Shown here: positions 10,288-22,402 of the stretch, one piece after another
Position numbering within the stretch: position 1 is the stretch's first letter
Layout of the letters: each line of letters opens with the position of its first letter
DNA from: Limnohabitans sp.
Lineage (GTDB): Bacteria > Pseudomonadota > Gammaproteobacteria > Burkholderiales > Burkholderiaceae_C
Direction of reading: 5' to 3'
Length of the DNA stretch: 64,000 nucleotides
NCBI RefSeq assembly: GCF_040401135.1
Contig: NZ_JBBAOV010000005.1
Location: 12,800 to 76,799 of the forward strand
Notes under the pieces: generated by a model
What the model saw: only the letters and a program-made list of their open reading frames with translations
Databases searched by the model: none
What the model was told of the DNA's origin: nothing
Translations under genes and position numbers: made by a program

Positions 10288-10793
10288 TGACTATGTTTAC
10301 CCGTCAAATTTCCTTAGCTGTCGTGTTGGGCTTTGCTGCATGGTGTGTGCAAGCTGAAGAGATTCGCATTGGTTTCATCAACACCGACCGCATCTTCAAA
10401 GAAGCCAACACCGCTAAGCAGGCCCAAACCAAGTTGGAACAAGAGTTTTCTAAACGTGAAAAAGACTTAGAGAGTTCTGGCAATGCATTGAAGTCGGCAG
10501 TTGAAAAGTTCGAGCGTGAAGCCCCAACTCTTTCTGAATCACAGCGTGTGTCTCGCCAAAAGCAGTTGGGTGAGCAAGACCGCGACTTCCAGCGCAAGCG
10601 TCGTGAGTTCCAGGAAGAACTTAATGCCCGCAAGAACGAAGAGTTTCAACAAGTCCTTGAGCGCGCCAACCGTGTGATCAAGCAAGTGGCTGAAGCTGAA
10701 AAATATGACTTAGTCTTGCAAGAGGCCGTCTATATCAACCCCAAGCACGACATCACTGACAAGGTGCTCAAGGTCATCAACGCGGCTAAATAA
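10287..10793 (+). CDS. skp: Periplasmic chaperone Skp (OmpH family)
   Basis: 168 aa. Signal peptide then a coiled-coil-rich, basic sequence. Canonical position between bamA and lpxD. Confidence 0.85.
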   Translation: MTMFTRQISLAVVLGFAAWCVQAEEIRIGFINTDRIFKEANTAKQAQTKLEQEFSKREKDLESSGNALKSAVEKFEREAPTLSESQRVSRQKQLGEQDRDFQRKRREFQEELNARKNEEFQQVLERANRVIKQVAEAEKYDLVLQEAVYINPKHDITDKVLKVINAAK

Positions 10794-10799
10794 GCAGCC

Positions 10800-11783
10800 G
10801 TGGCACTGAGTCTCGGCCAGATTATCGAAAGTTTGGGGGGGCGCCTTCTAGGCGATCCCAATCACCTCATTCAAAAACTCGCGCCGCTTGACACCGCTCA
10901 AGTCGACGCGCTGAGTTTTTTAAGCCATCCCAAATACCAATCACAACTTGCCACCACCCTGGCAGGTTGCGTGATTGTGTCGCCAGCAGTTGCCGATGCC
11001 GCGGACGTAAAGATGGCGTTGATCGTGACTGACAACCCGTATCACTATTTCGCGCGTCTCACGCAGTTATGGCGTCAACACACACGTGTGAATGATGAGC
11101 CCTTGGTTCACGTCAGTGCCGTGATTCACCCTTTGGCTCATGTGCATGCCACCGCTCGCATCGGCCCACTTTGTGTGATCGAGCGTGGTGCCCACATCGG
11201 CGCCAACAGTTGGCTCAAATCTGGTATTACCGTGGGTGAAGATTGCCACATGGGTGAGCGCTGTATCGTGCATGCCGGGGTCGTAATTGGGGCCGATGGT
11301 TTTGGTTTTGCTTTGTTCGAAGGTCGATGGGAAAAGATAGAGCAATTGGGTGCTGTCCGTATTGGCAACGATGTGGAAATTGGTGCCAATACTTGCATTG
11401 ACCGTGGCGCTTTGGATGACACGGTCATCGAAGATGGCGTCAAGCTTGATAACTTGGTCCAAATTGGTCACAACGTGCACGTGGGCGCCAATACGGCCAT
11501 GGCCGGTTGTGCGGGCGTGGCCGGCAGTGCGCGTATTGGTGCCAACTGCACGGTAGGTGGCGGCGCGATTGTGTTGGGCCATTTAGAACTGGCCGATGGC
11601 GTGCATATTTCGGCCGCGTCGGTGGTGATGCGCTCTATCCGTCAACCCGGTCAATACAGTGGCGTGTTCCCCATCGACGACAATGCGTCCTGGGAGAAAA
11701 ATGCCGCCACGCTGCGCCAATTACACCGTTTGCGCGACCGTATCAAATCTCTTGAATCTGTTTTAGAAAGTCAAAAAAAATGA
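10800..11783 (+). CDS. lpxD: UDP-3-O-acylglucosamine N-acyltransferase
   Basis: 327 aa with a GTG start. Hexapeptide-repeat body. Synteny skp-lpxD-fabZ. Confidence 0.93.
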   Translation: MALSLGQIIESLGGRLLGDPNHLIQKLAPLDTAQVDALSFLSHPKYQSQLATTLAGCVIVSPAVADAADVKMALIVTDNPYHYFARLTQLWRQHTRVNDEPLVHVSAVIHPLAHVHATARIGPLCVIERGAHIGANSWLKSGITVGEDCHMGERCIVHAGVVIGADGFGFALFEGRWEKIEQLGAVRIGNDVEIGANTCIDRGALDDTVIEDGVKLDNLVQIGHNVHVGANTAMAGCAGVAGSARIGANCTVGGGAIVLGHLELADGVHISAASVVMRSIRQPGQYSGVFPIDDNASWEKNAATLRQLHRLRDRIKSLESVLESQKK

Positions 11784-12223
11784 GCATGGACATCCATCAA
11801 ATCTTGAAGCAGTTGCCGCACCGTTATCCGTTTTTGCTGGTAGATCGTGTGTTGGAATTGGAAAAAGGCAAAAGCATCAAGGCGCTCAAGAACGTGACCA
11901 TGAACGAACCATTTTTTGGCGGCCATTTTCCGCATCATCCTGTGATGCCAGGGGTGTTGATTTTGGAGGCTTTGGCGCAAGCTGCTGCTTTGTTAGCGTT
12001 TGACACCTTGGGCTCAGCGCCCGATGACAAAACTGTGTATTACTTCGCGGGTATTGATGGTGCGCGTTTCAAGCGCCCAGTTGAGCCAGGTGATCAGCTC
12101 ATCTTAGAAGTTGAGTTAGATCGCATGAAAGCAGGCATCTTCAAATTCAAAGCCCGCGCCAAAGTGGGTGATGTGGTGGCGACTGAGGCCGATTTGATGT
12201 GCACCATGCGCTCAATTGCTTAA
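11780..12223 (+). CDS. fabZ: 3-hydroxyacyl-ACP dehydratase FabZ
   Basis: 147 aa. [13 protein letters not shown] and [23 protein letters not shown] motifs. ATGA overlap with lpxD. Confidence 0.95.
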   Translation: MSMDIHQILKQLPHRYPFLLVDRVLELEKGKSIKALKNVTMNEPFFGGHFPHHPVMPGVLILEALAQAAALLAFDTLGSAPDDKTVYYFAGIDGARFKRPVEPGDQLILEVELDRMKAGIFKFKARAKVGDVVATEADLMCTMRSIA

Positions 12224-12256
12224 AGACCAAGAAACCAACAAGCTAAACCGCAAACG

Positions 12257-13051
12257 ATGAGCCTCATTCACGCCACCGCCATTGTTGACCCCAAGGCCGA
12301 GCTCGATAGCTCTGTGCAGGTGGGGCCTTACACCATCATTGGGCCCAACGTGCGCATCGGTTCGGGCTCCACCGTGGGCCCGCATTGCGTGATCGAAGGG
12401 CACACCACGATTGGCAATGACAACCGTATTTTTCAGTTCAACTCGCTGGGCGCGATTCCGCAAGATAAGAAGTATGCGGGCGAGCCGTGCCAGCTGATCA
12501 TTGGCGACCGCAACACCATCCGCGAGTTTTGCACCTTTAATATTGGCTCACCCGGCGATACGGGCGTGACCCAAGTTGGTAATGACAACTGGATCATGGC
12601 TTATGTTCATTTGGCGCATGACTGCTTGGTGGGCAACCACACCATCTTCGCCAACAGTGCCCAGTTGGCGGGTCATGTGCATGTGGGTGATTGGGTTATT
12701 TTGGGCGGCTTTACGGTGGTACATCAGTTTGTGCGCATCGGTGCCCACAGCTTCACCGCCATGCATTCGCTCTTGTTTGCAGATGTGCCGCCGTTTGTCA
12801 TGTGCCAAGGCCAACCCGCTGAGCCTCGTTCGATGAACTTTGAAGGCTTACGCCGTCGTGGCTTTTCTGCCGAGCGCATCAGCGCGGTAAAGGCCATGCA
12901 CAAAGCTTTGTATCGCGACGACTTGACCTTAGACCAAGCCAAAGAACGCATTGCCGCCTTGAGCCAAGAAAAACCAGAAGCTGCGCCAGATGTGGTCATG
13001 ATGCTGGACTTTTTGAGCCAAACCTCGCCGCAACGCGGCATCATTCGATAA
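12257..13051 (+). CDS. lpxA: Acyl-ACP--UDP-GlcNAc O-acyltransferase
   Basis: 264 aa. [35 protein letters not shown] hexapeptide N-terminus. Confidence 0.95.
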   Translation: MSLIHATAIVDPKAELDSSVQVGPYTIIGPNVRIGSGSTVGPHCVIEGHTTIGNDNRIFQFNSLGAIPQDKKYAGEPCQLIIGDRNTIREFCTFNIGSPGDTGVTQVGNDNWIMAYVHLAHDCLVGNHTIFANSAQLAGHVHVGDWVILGGFTVVHQFVRIGAHSFTAMHSLLFADVPPFVMCQGQPAEPRSMNFEGLRRRGFSAERISAVKAMHKALYRDDLTLDQAKERIAALSQEKPEAAPDVVMMLDFLSQTSPQRGIIR

Positions 13052-13056
13052 ACCAT

Positions 13057-14199
13057 ATGTCCGAGGCTCTGACTTTCTCGCTCGTGGCTGGCGAGGCCTC
13101 GGGCGATTTGCTGGCGGGCCTGTTGCTTGGGGGCATGCGCGATAAATGGCCGGAGATGCGCAGTGCCGGCATTGGCGGCCCCCGTATGGCTGCACTTGGT
13201 TTTGAGCCTTGGTGGCCTTACGAAAAACTCGCGGTGCGCGGCTATATCGAAGTGCTGCGTCATTACCGAGAAATTGTGGGCATTCGCACTCAGCTGCGTG
13301 AACGCTTGCTGGCCCATCCCCCCAGCGCTTTTATTGGTGTGGATGCACCAGACTTCAACCTCGATTTAGAGCGTGACCTCAAGGCCCAAGGCATTCCCAC
13401 TATTCATTTTGTGTGCCCCTCCATTTGGGCGTGGCGGGCAGACCGTGTGGAGAAGATTCGCCAAAGCGTCGATCACGTGTTGTGTATCTTTCCGTTTGAG
13501 GCGGACTTGCTCGCTCAGCATGGCATTGCCGCCACCTACGTGGGCCACCCCTTGGCTAAAAATATTCCTGATATGCCAGACCGCGCCGCAGCTCGAACTG
13601 CACTTGGTTTGCCGCAAGATGCCACTGTGGTTGCTTTGCTCCCGGGCAGCCGCAGCTCAGAGATTGAGTATTTGGCGCTGCGGTTTTTGCAGGCCGCGCA
13701 ACGCATGGCCAAGTTGCAACCGGGTTTGCACTTTGTGTTGCCCGCCATGCCTGCTTTGCGGGCGCGCATTGAAGCCATTGCTAAGGAAGTGGGTGAGATA
13801 CCCAATCTCTTGGTGCTCAATGGTCAATCACACACTGTGTTGGCGGCTTGTGATGTCACGCTCATTGCCAGCGGCACTGCTACGCTAGAAGCAGCGCTGT
13901 TCAAGCGCCCCATGGTGATTGCGTACAACATGAACTGGCTCAGCTGGCAAATCATGCGTCGCAAAAAGTTACAACCTTGGGTGGGCTTACCCAATATTCT
14001 TTGCCAAGATTTTGTGGTGCCCGAACTGCTGCAAGACGCAGCCTCGCCAGACGCTTTGGCGCACGAGGTGCTGCAATGGCTGGCTAACCCGGTAGCCGTG
14101 GCCAATGTTCAACAACGTTTTGCGACGCTGCACGACACGCTGCGCCGCGACACTCCCGCACTGGCTGCGCATGCGATCGAAAAAGTTCTTGCGCGCTGA
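13057..14199 (+). CDS. lpxB: Lipid-A-disaccharide synthase
   Basis: 380 aa. [14 protein letters not shown]-terminal motif. Synteny. Confidence 0.93.
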   Translation: MSEALTFSLVAGEASGDLLAGLLLGGMRDKWPEMRSAGIGGPRMAALGFEPWWPYEKLAVRGYIEVLRHYREIVGIRTQLRERLLAHPPSAFIGVDAPDFNLDLERDLKAQGIPTIHFVCPSIWAWRADRVEKIRQSVDHVLCIFPFEADLLAQHGIAATYVGHPLAKNIPDMPDRAAARTALGLPQDATVVALLPGSRSSEIEYLALRFLQAAQRMAKLQPGLHFVLPAMPALRARIEAIAKEVGEIPNLLVLNGQSHTVLAACDVTLIASGTATLEAALFKRPMVIAYNMNWLSWQIMRRKKLQPWVGLPNILCQDFVVPELLQDAASPDALAHEVLQWLANPVAVANVQQRFATLHDTLRRDTPALAAHAIEKVLAR

Positions 14200-14788
14200 A
14201 CAAGCCGCACTTATTTGGGACGCCCCAGGCTTAATGGCCGGGGTGGATGAGGCGGGGCGTGGGCCTTTGGCTGGGCCAGTCGTTGCGGCCGCTGTGATTT
14301 TGGACGACTTGAATCCCATCCTTGGTTTGGCTGACTCTAAAAAACTCACTGCATTGAAGCGCGAGCGTTTGTATGACGAGATTCGCGCCAAAGCTTTGTG
14401 CTGTTCGATCGCCGAGGCCACGGTGGAAGAGATTGACTCGCTCAATATCTTGCAAGCCACCATGCTCGCCATGCGGCGCGCCGTGGAAGGTTTGCGCTTG
14501 AAGCCCGCCAAAGTTTTGGTGGATGGCAACCGCTTGCCCGTGCTCGATGTGTTGGCCGAAGCCATCGTCAAAGGCGATAGCAAAGTGCAGGCTATCTCAG
14601 CCGCCTCTATCTTGGCCAAAGTACACCGTGACCGCTGGTGTCTAGAACTGCACGAGAAGTACCCCCAATATGGGTTTGATGCTCATAAAGGTTATGGCAC
14701 AGCTGCGCATTTGCAAGCTCTCAAAGAACACGGCGCTACGCCTTGGCATCGCAAGTCGTTTTCGCCTGTAGCAGAGGTTTTGAAATGA
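14171..14788 (+). CDS. rnhB: Ribonuclease HII
   Basis: [22 protein letters not shown] catalytic motif. Start uncertain: ATG 14171 overlaps lpxB by 29 nt, and ATG 14234 is an alternative. Confidence 0.88.
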   Translation: MRSKKFLRAEQAALIWDAPGLMAGVDEAGRGPLAGPVVAAAVILDDLNPILGLADSKKLTALKRERLYDEIRAKALCCSIAEATVEEIDSLNILQATMLAMRRAVEGLRLKPAKVLVDGNRLPVLDVLAEAIVKGDSKVQAISAASILAKVHRDRWCLELHEKYPQYGFDAHKGYGTAAHLQALKEHGATPWHRKSFSPVAEVLK

Positions 14789-15561
14789 ACTTGATCACCT
14801 CGCGTGACAACCCCTTGGTCAAAGACCTGCGCCGCTTGTCCCAAGACAGCACGGCCTACCGCAAACTAGGTCGTATTTGGCTGGAGGGTGACCATCTGTG
14901 TCGTGCTGCGCTCGCGCGCGGCGTCAAGCCTGAGCATGCGGTGTTCGCTGAATCTTTGTGGGCCACTGCCCCGCGTGAATGGACGCAGGCGGCCGAGCGC
15001 AACACGGTGTTGCCCGATGCCTTGTTTGACGAGATCAGCAGTTTGGAGTCCCCCGCACAAATGGGTTTTGTATTGGTAGCGCCCGCATCGCAAGCGCTGA
15101 TATCGACGACGCCTACCGTGGTGTTAGATCGTGTTCAAGATGTGGGCAATGTGGGCTCGATCTTGCGCAGTGCCTCTGCATTTGGTTTCAAGCAAGTGCT
15201 GGCCATCAAAGGCTCTGCCGCTTTGTGGTCGCCCAAGGTTTTGCGGGCCGGTATGGGTGCGCATTTTGGGCTGCATTTGGTGGAGGGTTTAAGCGTCGAA
15301 GATCTTAATATCTTGGACATGCCATGGGTGGCCACCAGCTCTCATCAAGGTCCATTGCTTCACACATTGTTGGCCGAAGCAAAGTTGCCAATGCCTTGTG
15401 CTTGGCTCATGGGCCATGAAGGGCAGGGTGTGTCAGCAGCGTTGGCCGAGCGTGCCGCCTTGCATGTGCGCATTGCCCAGCCCGGCGGTGAGGAGTCTCT
15501 CAATGTGGCCTCGGCAGCTGCTATTTGCCTACATGCCAGCGCTACCTGCCATTTGCTGTGA
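14785..15561 (+). CDS. TrmH/SpoU-family RNA 2'-O-methyltransferase
   Basis: Trimmed to ATG 14785 (ATGA overlap with rnhB). SpoU-type C-terminal motifs [10 protein letters not shown] and [13 protein letters not shown]. Confidence 0.8.
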   Translation: MNLITSRDNPLVKDLRRLSQDSTAYRKLGRIWLEGDHLCRAALARGVKPEHAVFAESLWATAPREWTQAAERNTVLPDALFDEISSLESPAQMGFVLVAPASQALISTTPTVVLDRVQDVGNVGSILRSASAFGFKQVLAIKGSAALWSPKVLRAGMGAHFGLHLVEGLSVEDLNILDMPWVATSSHQGPLLHTLLAEAKLPMPCAWLMGHEGQGVSAALAERAALHVRIAQPGGEESLNVASAAAICLHASATCHLL

Positions 15562-15731
15562 TTCATGCGCGTTGGTTCGGGAAAACCAGTGCCTCGGATA
15601 TAATGGGAGGCTTTCCCGCATCCACCTGTACGCCCCAGTTCAAACCTAGGCAAATTCCTCGAACAAAGTAGCCCAAGAGACACGTTCTCTAGTGAGCGCT
15701 GAGGCGTACCCGAACTATTCCGGAGAACCCA

Positions 15732-16895
15732 GTGCTTTTGTCTCTTCAGGGAACTTTCCCGCCCGCCATTTTGGCGCTCGCAGACGGCACGGTCTTTATC
15801 GGCAACTCGATCGGAGCTTCTGGCTCCACAGTCGGCGAAGTGGTGTTCAACACCTCTCTCACCGGCTATCAGGAAATCCTCACTGACCCCAGCTACTGCC
15901 AGCAGATCGTCACTTTGACTTATCCGCATATTGGTAACTACGGCGTCAACGTGGAAGACATCGAGGCCGACCAAGTCCATGCTGCTGGCTTGATCATCAA
16001 AGACTTACCTTTGATTGCAAGCAATTTCCGCTCTAACCAAACCTTGTCGGCTTATTTGGCGGATGCAGGCACGGTGGCCATTGCCAACATCGACACGCGT
16101 CAACTCACTCGCATCTTGCGCACAAAAGGCGCGCAAAACGGCGCAATCGTGGGTCTAGCCAAAGGCCAAGAAGTCACGCAAAGCTTGATAGACCAAGCGC
16201 GCATAGCCGCGAAAGGCGCGCCCAACATGGCCGGGCTTGATTTGGCTCAAAAAGTCACCGTCTCCAAGTCGTATGAGTGGACGCAAACTGAATGGGTTTT
16301 AGGTCAAGGCTACGGCACTCTGGCCGCACCTAAGTTTCATGTGGTGGCTTATGACTTTGGCGTGAAGAAAAACATCTTGCGCATGTTGGCCGAGCGCGGC
16401 TGCAAAGTGACCGTGGTTCCTGCCAAAACGTCTGCAGCGGATGTACTAAAGCACAACCCTGACGGTATTTTCTTGTCCAACGGACCTGGCGATCCACAGC
16501 CTTGCGATTACGCGATTGCCGCTGCGGCAACGTTGATCGAAACAGGAATCCCCACCTTTGGTATTTGCTTGGGCCATCAGATCATGGCCTTGGCCAGCGG
16601 TGCTAAAACTTTCAAGATGAAGTTTGGACACCACGGCGCCAACCACCCCGTGAAAGAGCTCGACTCAGGTCGCGTTTCTATCACCAGCCAAAACCATGGT
16701 TTTGCCGTGGACGAAAAAACCTTGCCCGCGAACTTGCGCGCCACGCATGTGTCGTTGTTTGACGGCACCTTGCAGGGCTTAGCCCGCACCGACAAGCCCG
16801 CGTTCTGCTTCCAAGGCCATCCTGAAGCATCGCCCGGCCCGCACGACATTGCTTACCTCTTTGACCGCTTCATCAACTTGATGGAGACAAAATAA
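15732..16895 (+). CDS. carA: Carbamoyl-phosphate synthase small subunit
   Basis: 387 aa, GTG start with GGAG 6 nt upstream. [13 protein letters not shown]-terminus and GICLGHQ glutamine amidotransferase Cys motif. Confidence 0.95.
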   Translation: MLLSLQGTFPPAILALADGTVFIGNSIGASGSTVGEVVFNTSLTGYQEILTDPSYCQQIVTLTYPHIGNYGVNVEDIEADQVHAAGLIIKDLPLIASNFRSNQTLSAYLADAGTVAIANIDTRQLTRILRTKGAQNGAIVGLAKGQEVTQSLIDQARIAAKGAPNMAGLDLAQKVTVSKSYEWTQTEWVLGQGYGTLAAPKFHVVAYDFGVKKNILRMLAERGCKVTVVPAKTSAADVLKHNPDGIFLSNGPGDPQPCDYAIAAAATLIETGIPTFGICLGHQIMALASGAKTFKMKFGHHGANHPVKELDSGRVSITSQNHGFAVDEKTLPANLRATHVSLFDGTLQGLARTDKPAFCFQGHPEASPGPHDIAYLFDRFINLMETK

Positions 16896-19800
16896 TGCCT
16901 AAGCGCACCGACCTCAAAAGTATCCTCATCATTGGCGCAGGCCCGATCATCATTGGTCAGGCCTGCGAGTTCGACTACTCTGGCGTCCAGGCCTGCAAAG
17001 CCTTGCGCGAAGAGGGCTACAAAGTCATCCTGATCAACAGCAACCCAGCCACGATCATGACTGACCCTGCCACCGCAGATGTCACTTATATCGAACCCAT
17101 CACGTGGCAAACGGTTGAGAAGATCATTGCCAAAGAGCGTCCCGATGCCATTCTGCCCACCATGGGCGGCCAGACAGCGCTGAATTGCGCGTTGGACTTA
17201 TGGCACAACGGCGTGTTGGCCAAGTACAAAGTTGAGTTGATTGGCGCGACGCCTGAAGCCATCGACAAAGCCGAAGACCGTTTGAAGTTCAAAGACGCCA
17301 TGACCAAGATTGGCTTGGGGTCCGCCCGCTCAGGCATTGCCCACACCATGGACGAGGCGTGGGATGTGCAAAAAAGTTTGGGTTTTCCTACCGTCATTCG
17401 CCCCAGTTTCACTTTGGGCGGCACGGGGGGTGGCATTGCCTACAACCCTGAAGAATTCGAGACGATTTGCAAACGTGGCCTTGAAGCATCTCCTACCAAA
17501 GAGCTGTTGATTGAAGAGTCGTTGCTAGGTTGGAAAGAGTACGAAATGGAAGTGGTTCGCGACAAAGCGGACAATTGCATCATCGTTTGCTCCATCGAAA
17601 ACCTGGACCCCATGGGCGTTCACACGGGTGACTCGATTACTGTGGCCCCTGCGCAAACCTTGACCGACAAGGAATACCAAATTTTGCGAAATGCCTCTTT
17701 GGCTGTGTTGCGCGAAATTGGGGTGGACACGGGCGGCTCCAACGTGCAGTTTTCGATCAACCCCAAAGATGGCCGCATGGTCGTCATTGAGATGAACCCA
17801 CGTGTGTCGCGTTCATCTGCGTTGGCTTCTAAAGCCACAGGTTTTCCGATCGCCAAAGTGGCGGCCAAGTTGGCGGTGGGCTACACGCTTGACGAGTTGC
17901 GCAACGACATCACGGGTGGGGCAACGCCTGCGTCGTTTGAGCCTTCGATCGACTATGTGGTGACCAAGATCCCACGCTTTGCGTTTGAAAAATTCCCCAC
18001 TGCTGACAGCCGCTTGACCACCCAAATGAAGTCGGTGGGCGAGGTCATGGCCATGGGGCGCACCTTCCAAGAGTCTTTCCAAAAAGCCCTGCGCGGTTTG
18101 GAAGTGGGCGTGGACGGCATGAACGAGAAAACGCAAGACCGCGAAGTGCTAGAAAAAGAGCTCGGCGAGCCCGGGCCCGATCGCATCTGGTACGTGGGCG
18201 ATGCCTTTGCCATGGGTCTGAGCGTGGATGAGGTGTTTGCCTTGACCAAAATAGATCCTTGGTTCTTGGTGCAAATAGAAGAGATCGTGAAGATCGAACT
18301 CGAAGTTGAAACCACAACGCTAGAGGCCATTACGGCTGATGAGTTGCGTGCCTTGAAAAAGAAGGGCTTCTCTGACCGCCGTTTGGCCAAGTTGCTCAAA
18401 ACTACCGAGCGCGTGGTGCGCGCACGTCGTCATGAGCTGAACATTCGTCCCGTTTACAAACGCGTGGACACCTGTGCGGCCGAGTTCTCGACTGACACGG
18501 CCTACATGTACTCATGCTATGAAGGTAATGGCAACGCCTTTGGCTTGGGCGATGCTGAGTGCGAAGCCGAACCCACCCATAACAAGAAAATCATGGTGCT
18601 CGGAGGCGGTCCCAACCGCATTGGCCAAGGCATTGAGTTTGATTACTGCTGCGTTCACGCAGCGCTCGCCATGCGTGAAGATGGCTTTGAGACCATCATG
18701 GTCAACTGCAACCCCGAGACCGTGTCGACCGACTACGACACGTCTGACCGCTTGTACTTTGAGCCCTTGACGCTCGAAGACGTGCTCGAAATTGTGGACA
18801 AAGAAAAGCCAACCGGCGTTATTGTTCAATATGGTGGTCAAACACCTTTGAAACTAGCGCTTGATTTAGAAGCAGCTGGCGTGCCAATCATCGGCACCAG
18901 TCCTGACATGATTGACGCGGCCGAAGATCGTGAGCGTTTTCAAAAGTTGTTGCAAGACCTCGGTTTGCGTCAGCCGCCAAACGCTACTGCACGTACTGAG
19001 CCAGAAGCTTTGGAAAAAGCCGCGGCTTTGGGTTACCCTTTGGTTGTGCGTCCCAGCTATGTGCTGGGCGGGCGCGCCATGGAAATCGTGCACGAGCAAC
19101 GTGACCTAGAGCGCTACATGCGCGAAGCGGTTAAGGTGTCGCACGATTCGCCTGTGTTGCTGGACCGTTTCCTGAACGACGCAATTGAGTGTGATGTGGA
19201 CTGTTTGCGCGATCCTGAAGGCAAGACCTTCATCGGCGGCGTGATGGAGCACATTGAGCAAGCGGGCGTTCACAGCGGTGATTCTGCTTGTTCGTTACCG
19301 CCTTATTCTTTGTCAGCCGAGACAGTGAACGAAATCAAGCGTCAATCCGCAGCGATGGCAGGCGCATTGAACGTAGTGGGTTTGATGAACGTTCAGTTCG
19401 CGATTCAACACGTGGACGGCAAAGACGTTATCTATGTGCTGGAAGTTAACCCTCGCGCCTCACGCACCGTGCCTTTCGTGTCCAAAGCCACAGGTATTCA
19501 GTTGGCCAAGGTGGCTGCGCGCTGCATGGCGGGTCAAACTTTGGCATCTCAAGGCATCACACAAGAAGTCACGCCACCTTATTTCAGTGTGAAAGAGGCG
19601 GTGTTTCCTTTTGTGAAGTTTCCAGGTGTCGACACCATCCTCGGCCCCGAGATGAAGTCCACCGGTGAAGTGATGGGAGTTGGGAAAACATTTGGCGAAG
19701 CCTTTGTGAAGAGCCAACTTGGGGCGGGTACTAAGCTGCCTCGCCCACGCGATGCCGATGGCCGATCCACCGGCAAGGTGTTCATCTCTGTGAAGAACAA

Positions 19801-20176
19801 TGACAAACTGCGCGTGATCGAAGTAGCGCGTCAGCTGGCCGCTTTAGGCTTTGAGATGATGGCTACCAAGGGTACGGCGGCTGCGATTGTTGAAGCTGGT
19901 GTGGCTTGTGATGTGGTGAACAAAGTGACAGAAGGTCGCCCCCACATCGTGGACGCCATAAAGAATAACGAAGTTGTGTTGGTCATCAACACCGTTGAAG
20001 AGCGTCGCAACGCTATTGCTGACTCACGCTACATTCGCACCTCGGCATTGCTTAACCGCGTTACGACTTTCACCACCATCGCAGGCGCAGAAGCTGCGGT
20101 GGAGGGCATGAAGTACATGGACAAGTTGGATGTCATTTCTGTGCAGGAAATGCACGCCCAGTTAGCCGCTAATTAA
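16895..20176 (+). CDS. carB: Carbamoyl-phosphate synthase large subunit
   Basis: 1093 aa. [30 protein letters not shown] and duplicated ATP-grasp halves. TAATG overlap with carA. Confidence 0.97.
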   Translation: MPKRTDLKSILIIGAGPIIIGQACEFDYSGVQACKALREEGYKVILINSNPATIMTDPATADVTYIEPITWQTVEKIIAKERPDAILPTMGGQTALNCALDLWHNGVLAKYKVELIGATPEAIDKAEDRLKFKDAMTKIGLGSARSGIAHTMDEAWDVQKSLGFPTVIRPSFTLGGTGGGIAYNPEEFETICKRGLEASPTKELLIEESLLGWKEYEMEVVRDKADNCIIVCSIENLDPMGVHTGDSITVAPAQTLTDKEYQILRNASLAVLREIGVDTGGSNVQFSINPKDGRMVVIEMNPRVSRSSALASKATGFPIAKVAAKLAVGYTLDELRNDITGGATPASFEPSIDYVVTKIPRFAFEKFPTADSRLTTQMKSVGEVMAMGRTFQESFQKALRGLEVGVDGMNEKTQDREVLEKELGEPGPDRIWYVGDAFAMGLSVDEVFALTKIDPWFLVQIEEIVKIELEVETTTLEAITADELRALKKKGFSDRRLAKLLKTTERVVRARRHELNIRPVYKRVDTCAAEFSTDTAYMYSCYEGNGNAFGLGDAECEAEPTHNKKIMVLGGGPNRIGQGIEFDYCCVHAALAMREDGFETIMVNCNPETVSTDYDTSDRLYFEPLTLEDVLEIVDKEKPTGVIVQYGGQTPLKLALDLEAAGVPIIGTSPDMIDAAEDRERFQKLLQDLGLRQPPNATARTEPEALEKAAALGYPLVVRPSYVLGGRAMEIVHEQRDLERYMREAVKVSHDSPVLLDRFLNDAIECDVDCLRDPEGKTFIGGVMEHIEQAGVHSGDSACSLPPYSLSAETVNEIKRQSAAMAGALNVVGLMNVQFAIQHVDGKDVIYVLEVNPRASRTVPFVSKATGIQLAKVAARCMAGQTLASQGITQEVTPPYFSVKEAVFPFVKFPGVDTILGPEMKSTGEVMGVGKTFGEAFVKSQLGAGTKLPRPRDADGRSTGKVFISVKNNDKLRVIEVARQLAALGFEMMATKGTAAAIVEAGVACDVVNKVTEGRPHIVDAIKNNEVVLVINTVEERRNAIADSRYIRTSALLNRVTTFTTIAGAEAAVEGMKYMDKLDVISVQEMHAQLAAN

Positions 20177-20195
20177 GACGGCTGAAGGAAACATG

Positions 20196-20672
20196 ATGAG
20201 TACAGTACCGATCACTACACGTGGCGCAGAGAAGCTCAAAAACGAGTTGCACAAACTCAAAACCGTTGAGCGCCCCTCAGTCATTGCTGCTATTGCTGAG
20301 GCCCGCGCACAAGGCGACTTGAGTGAGAACGCAGAATACGACGCCGCCAAAGACCGTCAAGGTTTCATCGAAGGCCGTATTCAAGAGGTTGAAGGTAAGT
20401 TGTCAGTTGCAAAAATCATTGACCCTGCTGAGTTAGATGCTGGCGGTCGCGTGGTCTTTGGGGCTACCGTGGCATTGGAAGAGGAAGAAACGGGCGACAA
20501 AGTAACGTATCAAATCGTGGGCGAAGACGAAGCCGATTTGAAACTTGGCCTCATCAACATCAGCAGCCCAATTGCCCGTGCCTTGATTGGTAAAGAAGAA
20601 GGCGATGTGGCCGAAGTGCAAGCGCCAGGTGGCGTGAAGCGCTATGAGGTTGTTTCGGTCTCTTACCTGTAA
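20196..20672 (+). CDS. greA: Transcription elongation factor GreA
   Basis: [19 protein letters not shown]-terminus. The second of two tandem ATGs was chosen for better spacing from AAGGAAA. Confidence 0.95.
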   Translation: MSTVPITTRGAEKLKNELHKLKTVERPSVIAAIAEARAQGDLSENAEYDAAKDRQGFIEGRIQEVEGKLSVAKIIDPAELDAGGRVVFGATVALEEEETGDKVTYQIVGEDEADLKLGLINISSPIARALIGKEEGDVAEVQAPGGVKRYEVVSVSYL

Positions 20673-20681
20673 ATTTTGATC

Positions 20682-21116
20682 ATGGCGCGGCTTCAAGTTT
20701 TTTTAGCGGCGCTGTGGTGGGGCAGTCTCACGGCGGTGGGCTTCATGGTGGTGCCTATGCTGTTCATGCATTTGGAAACGCCGGCTATCGCGGGGCAGAT
20801 GGCAGCCAAACTGTTCAGTGCCCAAACCTGGCTGGCATTGGTCTGTGGCATCTTGTTGCTCTTGGCGGCCAAACGCGAAAACTTAAATCGGGCCTATACG
20901 CCGTCACCTTGGGTCATTACGGGCATGTTGTTGGCCTTGTTGATTGAGTTGGCTGTAAAGCCGCACATCTTGGCCCGAGACAACATGGCTTTGTGGCACA
21001 ACTTAGGCTCTGCGTTCTATCTGCTGCAATGGCTGTGCGCTGGTAAGGTGCTTTGGGCGCTATGCCCTATGAGACCAGAGCCTGACATTGCAGCTGGTTT
21101 ATCGCAAATCGATTAA
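20682..21116 (+). CDS. DUF4149-like small polytopic membrane protein
   Basis: About 144 aa with four hydrophobic segments. From memory a DUF4149 gene commonly follows greA in Burkholderiales; family assignment not verified. Confidence 0.65.
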   Translation: MARLQVFLAALWWGSLTAVGFMVVPMLFMHLETPAIAGQMAAKLFSAQTWLALVCGILLLLAAKRENLNRAYTPSPWVITGMLLALLIELAVKPHILARDNMALWHNLGSAFYLLQWLCAGKVLWALCPMRPEPDIAAGLSQID

Positions 21117-21586
21117 CCCAGTGTTTGCTTTTTGACCGAAATCTTTTTTGGTTTAGCGCGTTTGACTTGACCGCCTGAAGTCAGTCGTTGGTTGCCGAGA
21201 ACGCGCAAAGTTTTTACTTCAGGGCGTTGGCCGCCGCGGCTGCTGTATTTCAGTATTTTGACTTCGCGTGGGCCTGCCATGCGGTCTTCGTCGGAGGTGC
21301 GCTCTTTTTCAGCTCGTGGGCGCCACAACACAAAGAGTTTGCCGATGTGTTGAATCGGGGCTGCGCTGAGTTGGTCGGCCAAAGCAGCCAGCATGGCTTC
21401 TCGAGCTTGGCGATCGTCGCCCAAGACGCGGATTTTGATAAGGCCGTGGGCGTTCAAAGCCATCTCGGCTTCTTTCATGACGGCAGGCGTTAAGCCATCG
21501 TTGCCAACCATCACGACAGGGTCTAAATGGTGCGCTTCGGCGCGGTGAATTTTGCGTTGAGCAGGTGTGAGTTGTATTGCGGACAT
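21113..21586 (-). CDS. yhbY: YhbY-like CRM-domain RNA-binding protein with basic C-terminal extension
   Basis: 157 aa. LDPVVMVGNDGLTPAVMKEAEMALNAHGLIKIRV is the YhbY/CRS1 core. Divergent from rlmE as in other proteobacteria. Confidence 0.8.
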   Translation of the reverse strand: MSAIQLTPAQRKIHRAEAHHLDPVVMVGNDGLTPAVMKEAEMALNAHGLIKIRVLGDDRQAREAMLAALADQLSAAPIQHIGKLFVLWRPRAEKERTSDEDRMAGPREVKILKYSSRGGQRPEVKTLRVLGNQRLTSGGQVKRAKPKKISVKKQTLG

Positions 21587-21621
21587 GGGGGTATTATCCC
21601 TCGCTCGCTTAAAGGTATGAA

Positions 21622-22296
21622 TTGAAAACTAAAACTAAAAGCAAAAAAGTTAACAAAACTTGGTTGAACGACCATGTGAATGACACCTACGTTAAGTTGG
21701 CCCAAAGAGAAGGGTACCGTGCCCGTGCGGCCTACAAGCTCAAAGAGATTGACGAACAGCTCAGTCTTGTTAAGCCTGGCAACGTGGTCGTGGACTTAGG
21801 ATGCGCTCCCGGCGCCTGGTGTCAATACCTGCGCCGCCGCATGTCGCCCATGGGCGCAGCGGCAGGAACCTTGAACGGCACAATTATTGGTTTGGATCTT
21901 TTGGCGATGGAGCCTGTGGAGGGCGTTACCTTTATTCAGGGTGACTTCCGTGAGGCAGAGGTCTTGGCGCAACTGGAAGCCGTCTTAGAAGGCCGTATCG
22001 TGGACGTTGTGGTGTCTGACATGGCCCCCAATTTAAGCGGCATTGGGTCGACTGACGCCACCCGCATTGCCCATTTGATTGAATTAGCTGTTGATTTTTC
22101 GCAAAAACACCTCAAAGACGACGGCGCTTTGGTGGTTAAACTTTTTCACGGCAGCGGTTACAGCGATTTGGTCACTCTTTTTAAAAGCATTTTTCGGGTG
22201 GTCAAGCCCATCAAGCCCAAGGCCAGTCGTGACAAATCAAGTGAAACCTTTTTGGTGGGTATGGGCATCAAAAATCGCGTTTTATCAAATCCTTGA
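21622..22296 (+). CDS. rlmE: 23S rRNA (uridine2552-2'-O)-methyltransferase RlmE (FtsJ)
   Basis: 224 aa with a TTG start. [18 protein letters not shown] and [14 protein letters not shown] motif. Precedes ftsH. Confidence 0.93.
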   Translation: MKTKTKSKKVNKTWLNDHVNDTYVKLAQREGYRARAAYKLKEIDEQLSLVKPGNVVVDLGCAPGAWCQYLRRRMSPMGAAAGTLNGTIIGLDLLAMEPVEGVTFIQGDFREAEVLAQLEAVLEGRIVDVVVSDMAPNLSGIGSTDATRIAHLIELAVDFSQKHLKDDGALVVKLFHGSGYSDLVTLFKSIFRVVKPIKPKASRDKSSETFLVGMGIKNRVLSNP

Positions 22297-22402
22297 GTTT
22301 CATAAGGCCTGCATATGCGATATAAAAGCTGTCAGCGCTTGAAACGCTTAAAATCAAACCCATATCAGTACATCTCGTACTCTTTTTATTTCGGAGCCCA
22401 CA

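Noticed and set aside
12724-14619. 197-aa and 210-aa minus-strand ORFs across lpxA/lpxB/rnhB
   Set aside because: They are antisense to the tightly packed lpx genes. Shadow ORFs.
15360-15980. 206-aa minus-strand ORF spanning the trmH-like / carA intergenic region
   Set aside because: It overlaps the ends of two well-supported plus-strand genes and has no motifs. The 170-bp gap itself contains only short hairpins and a TATAAT-like hexamer (15599-15604) that I cannot support further.
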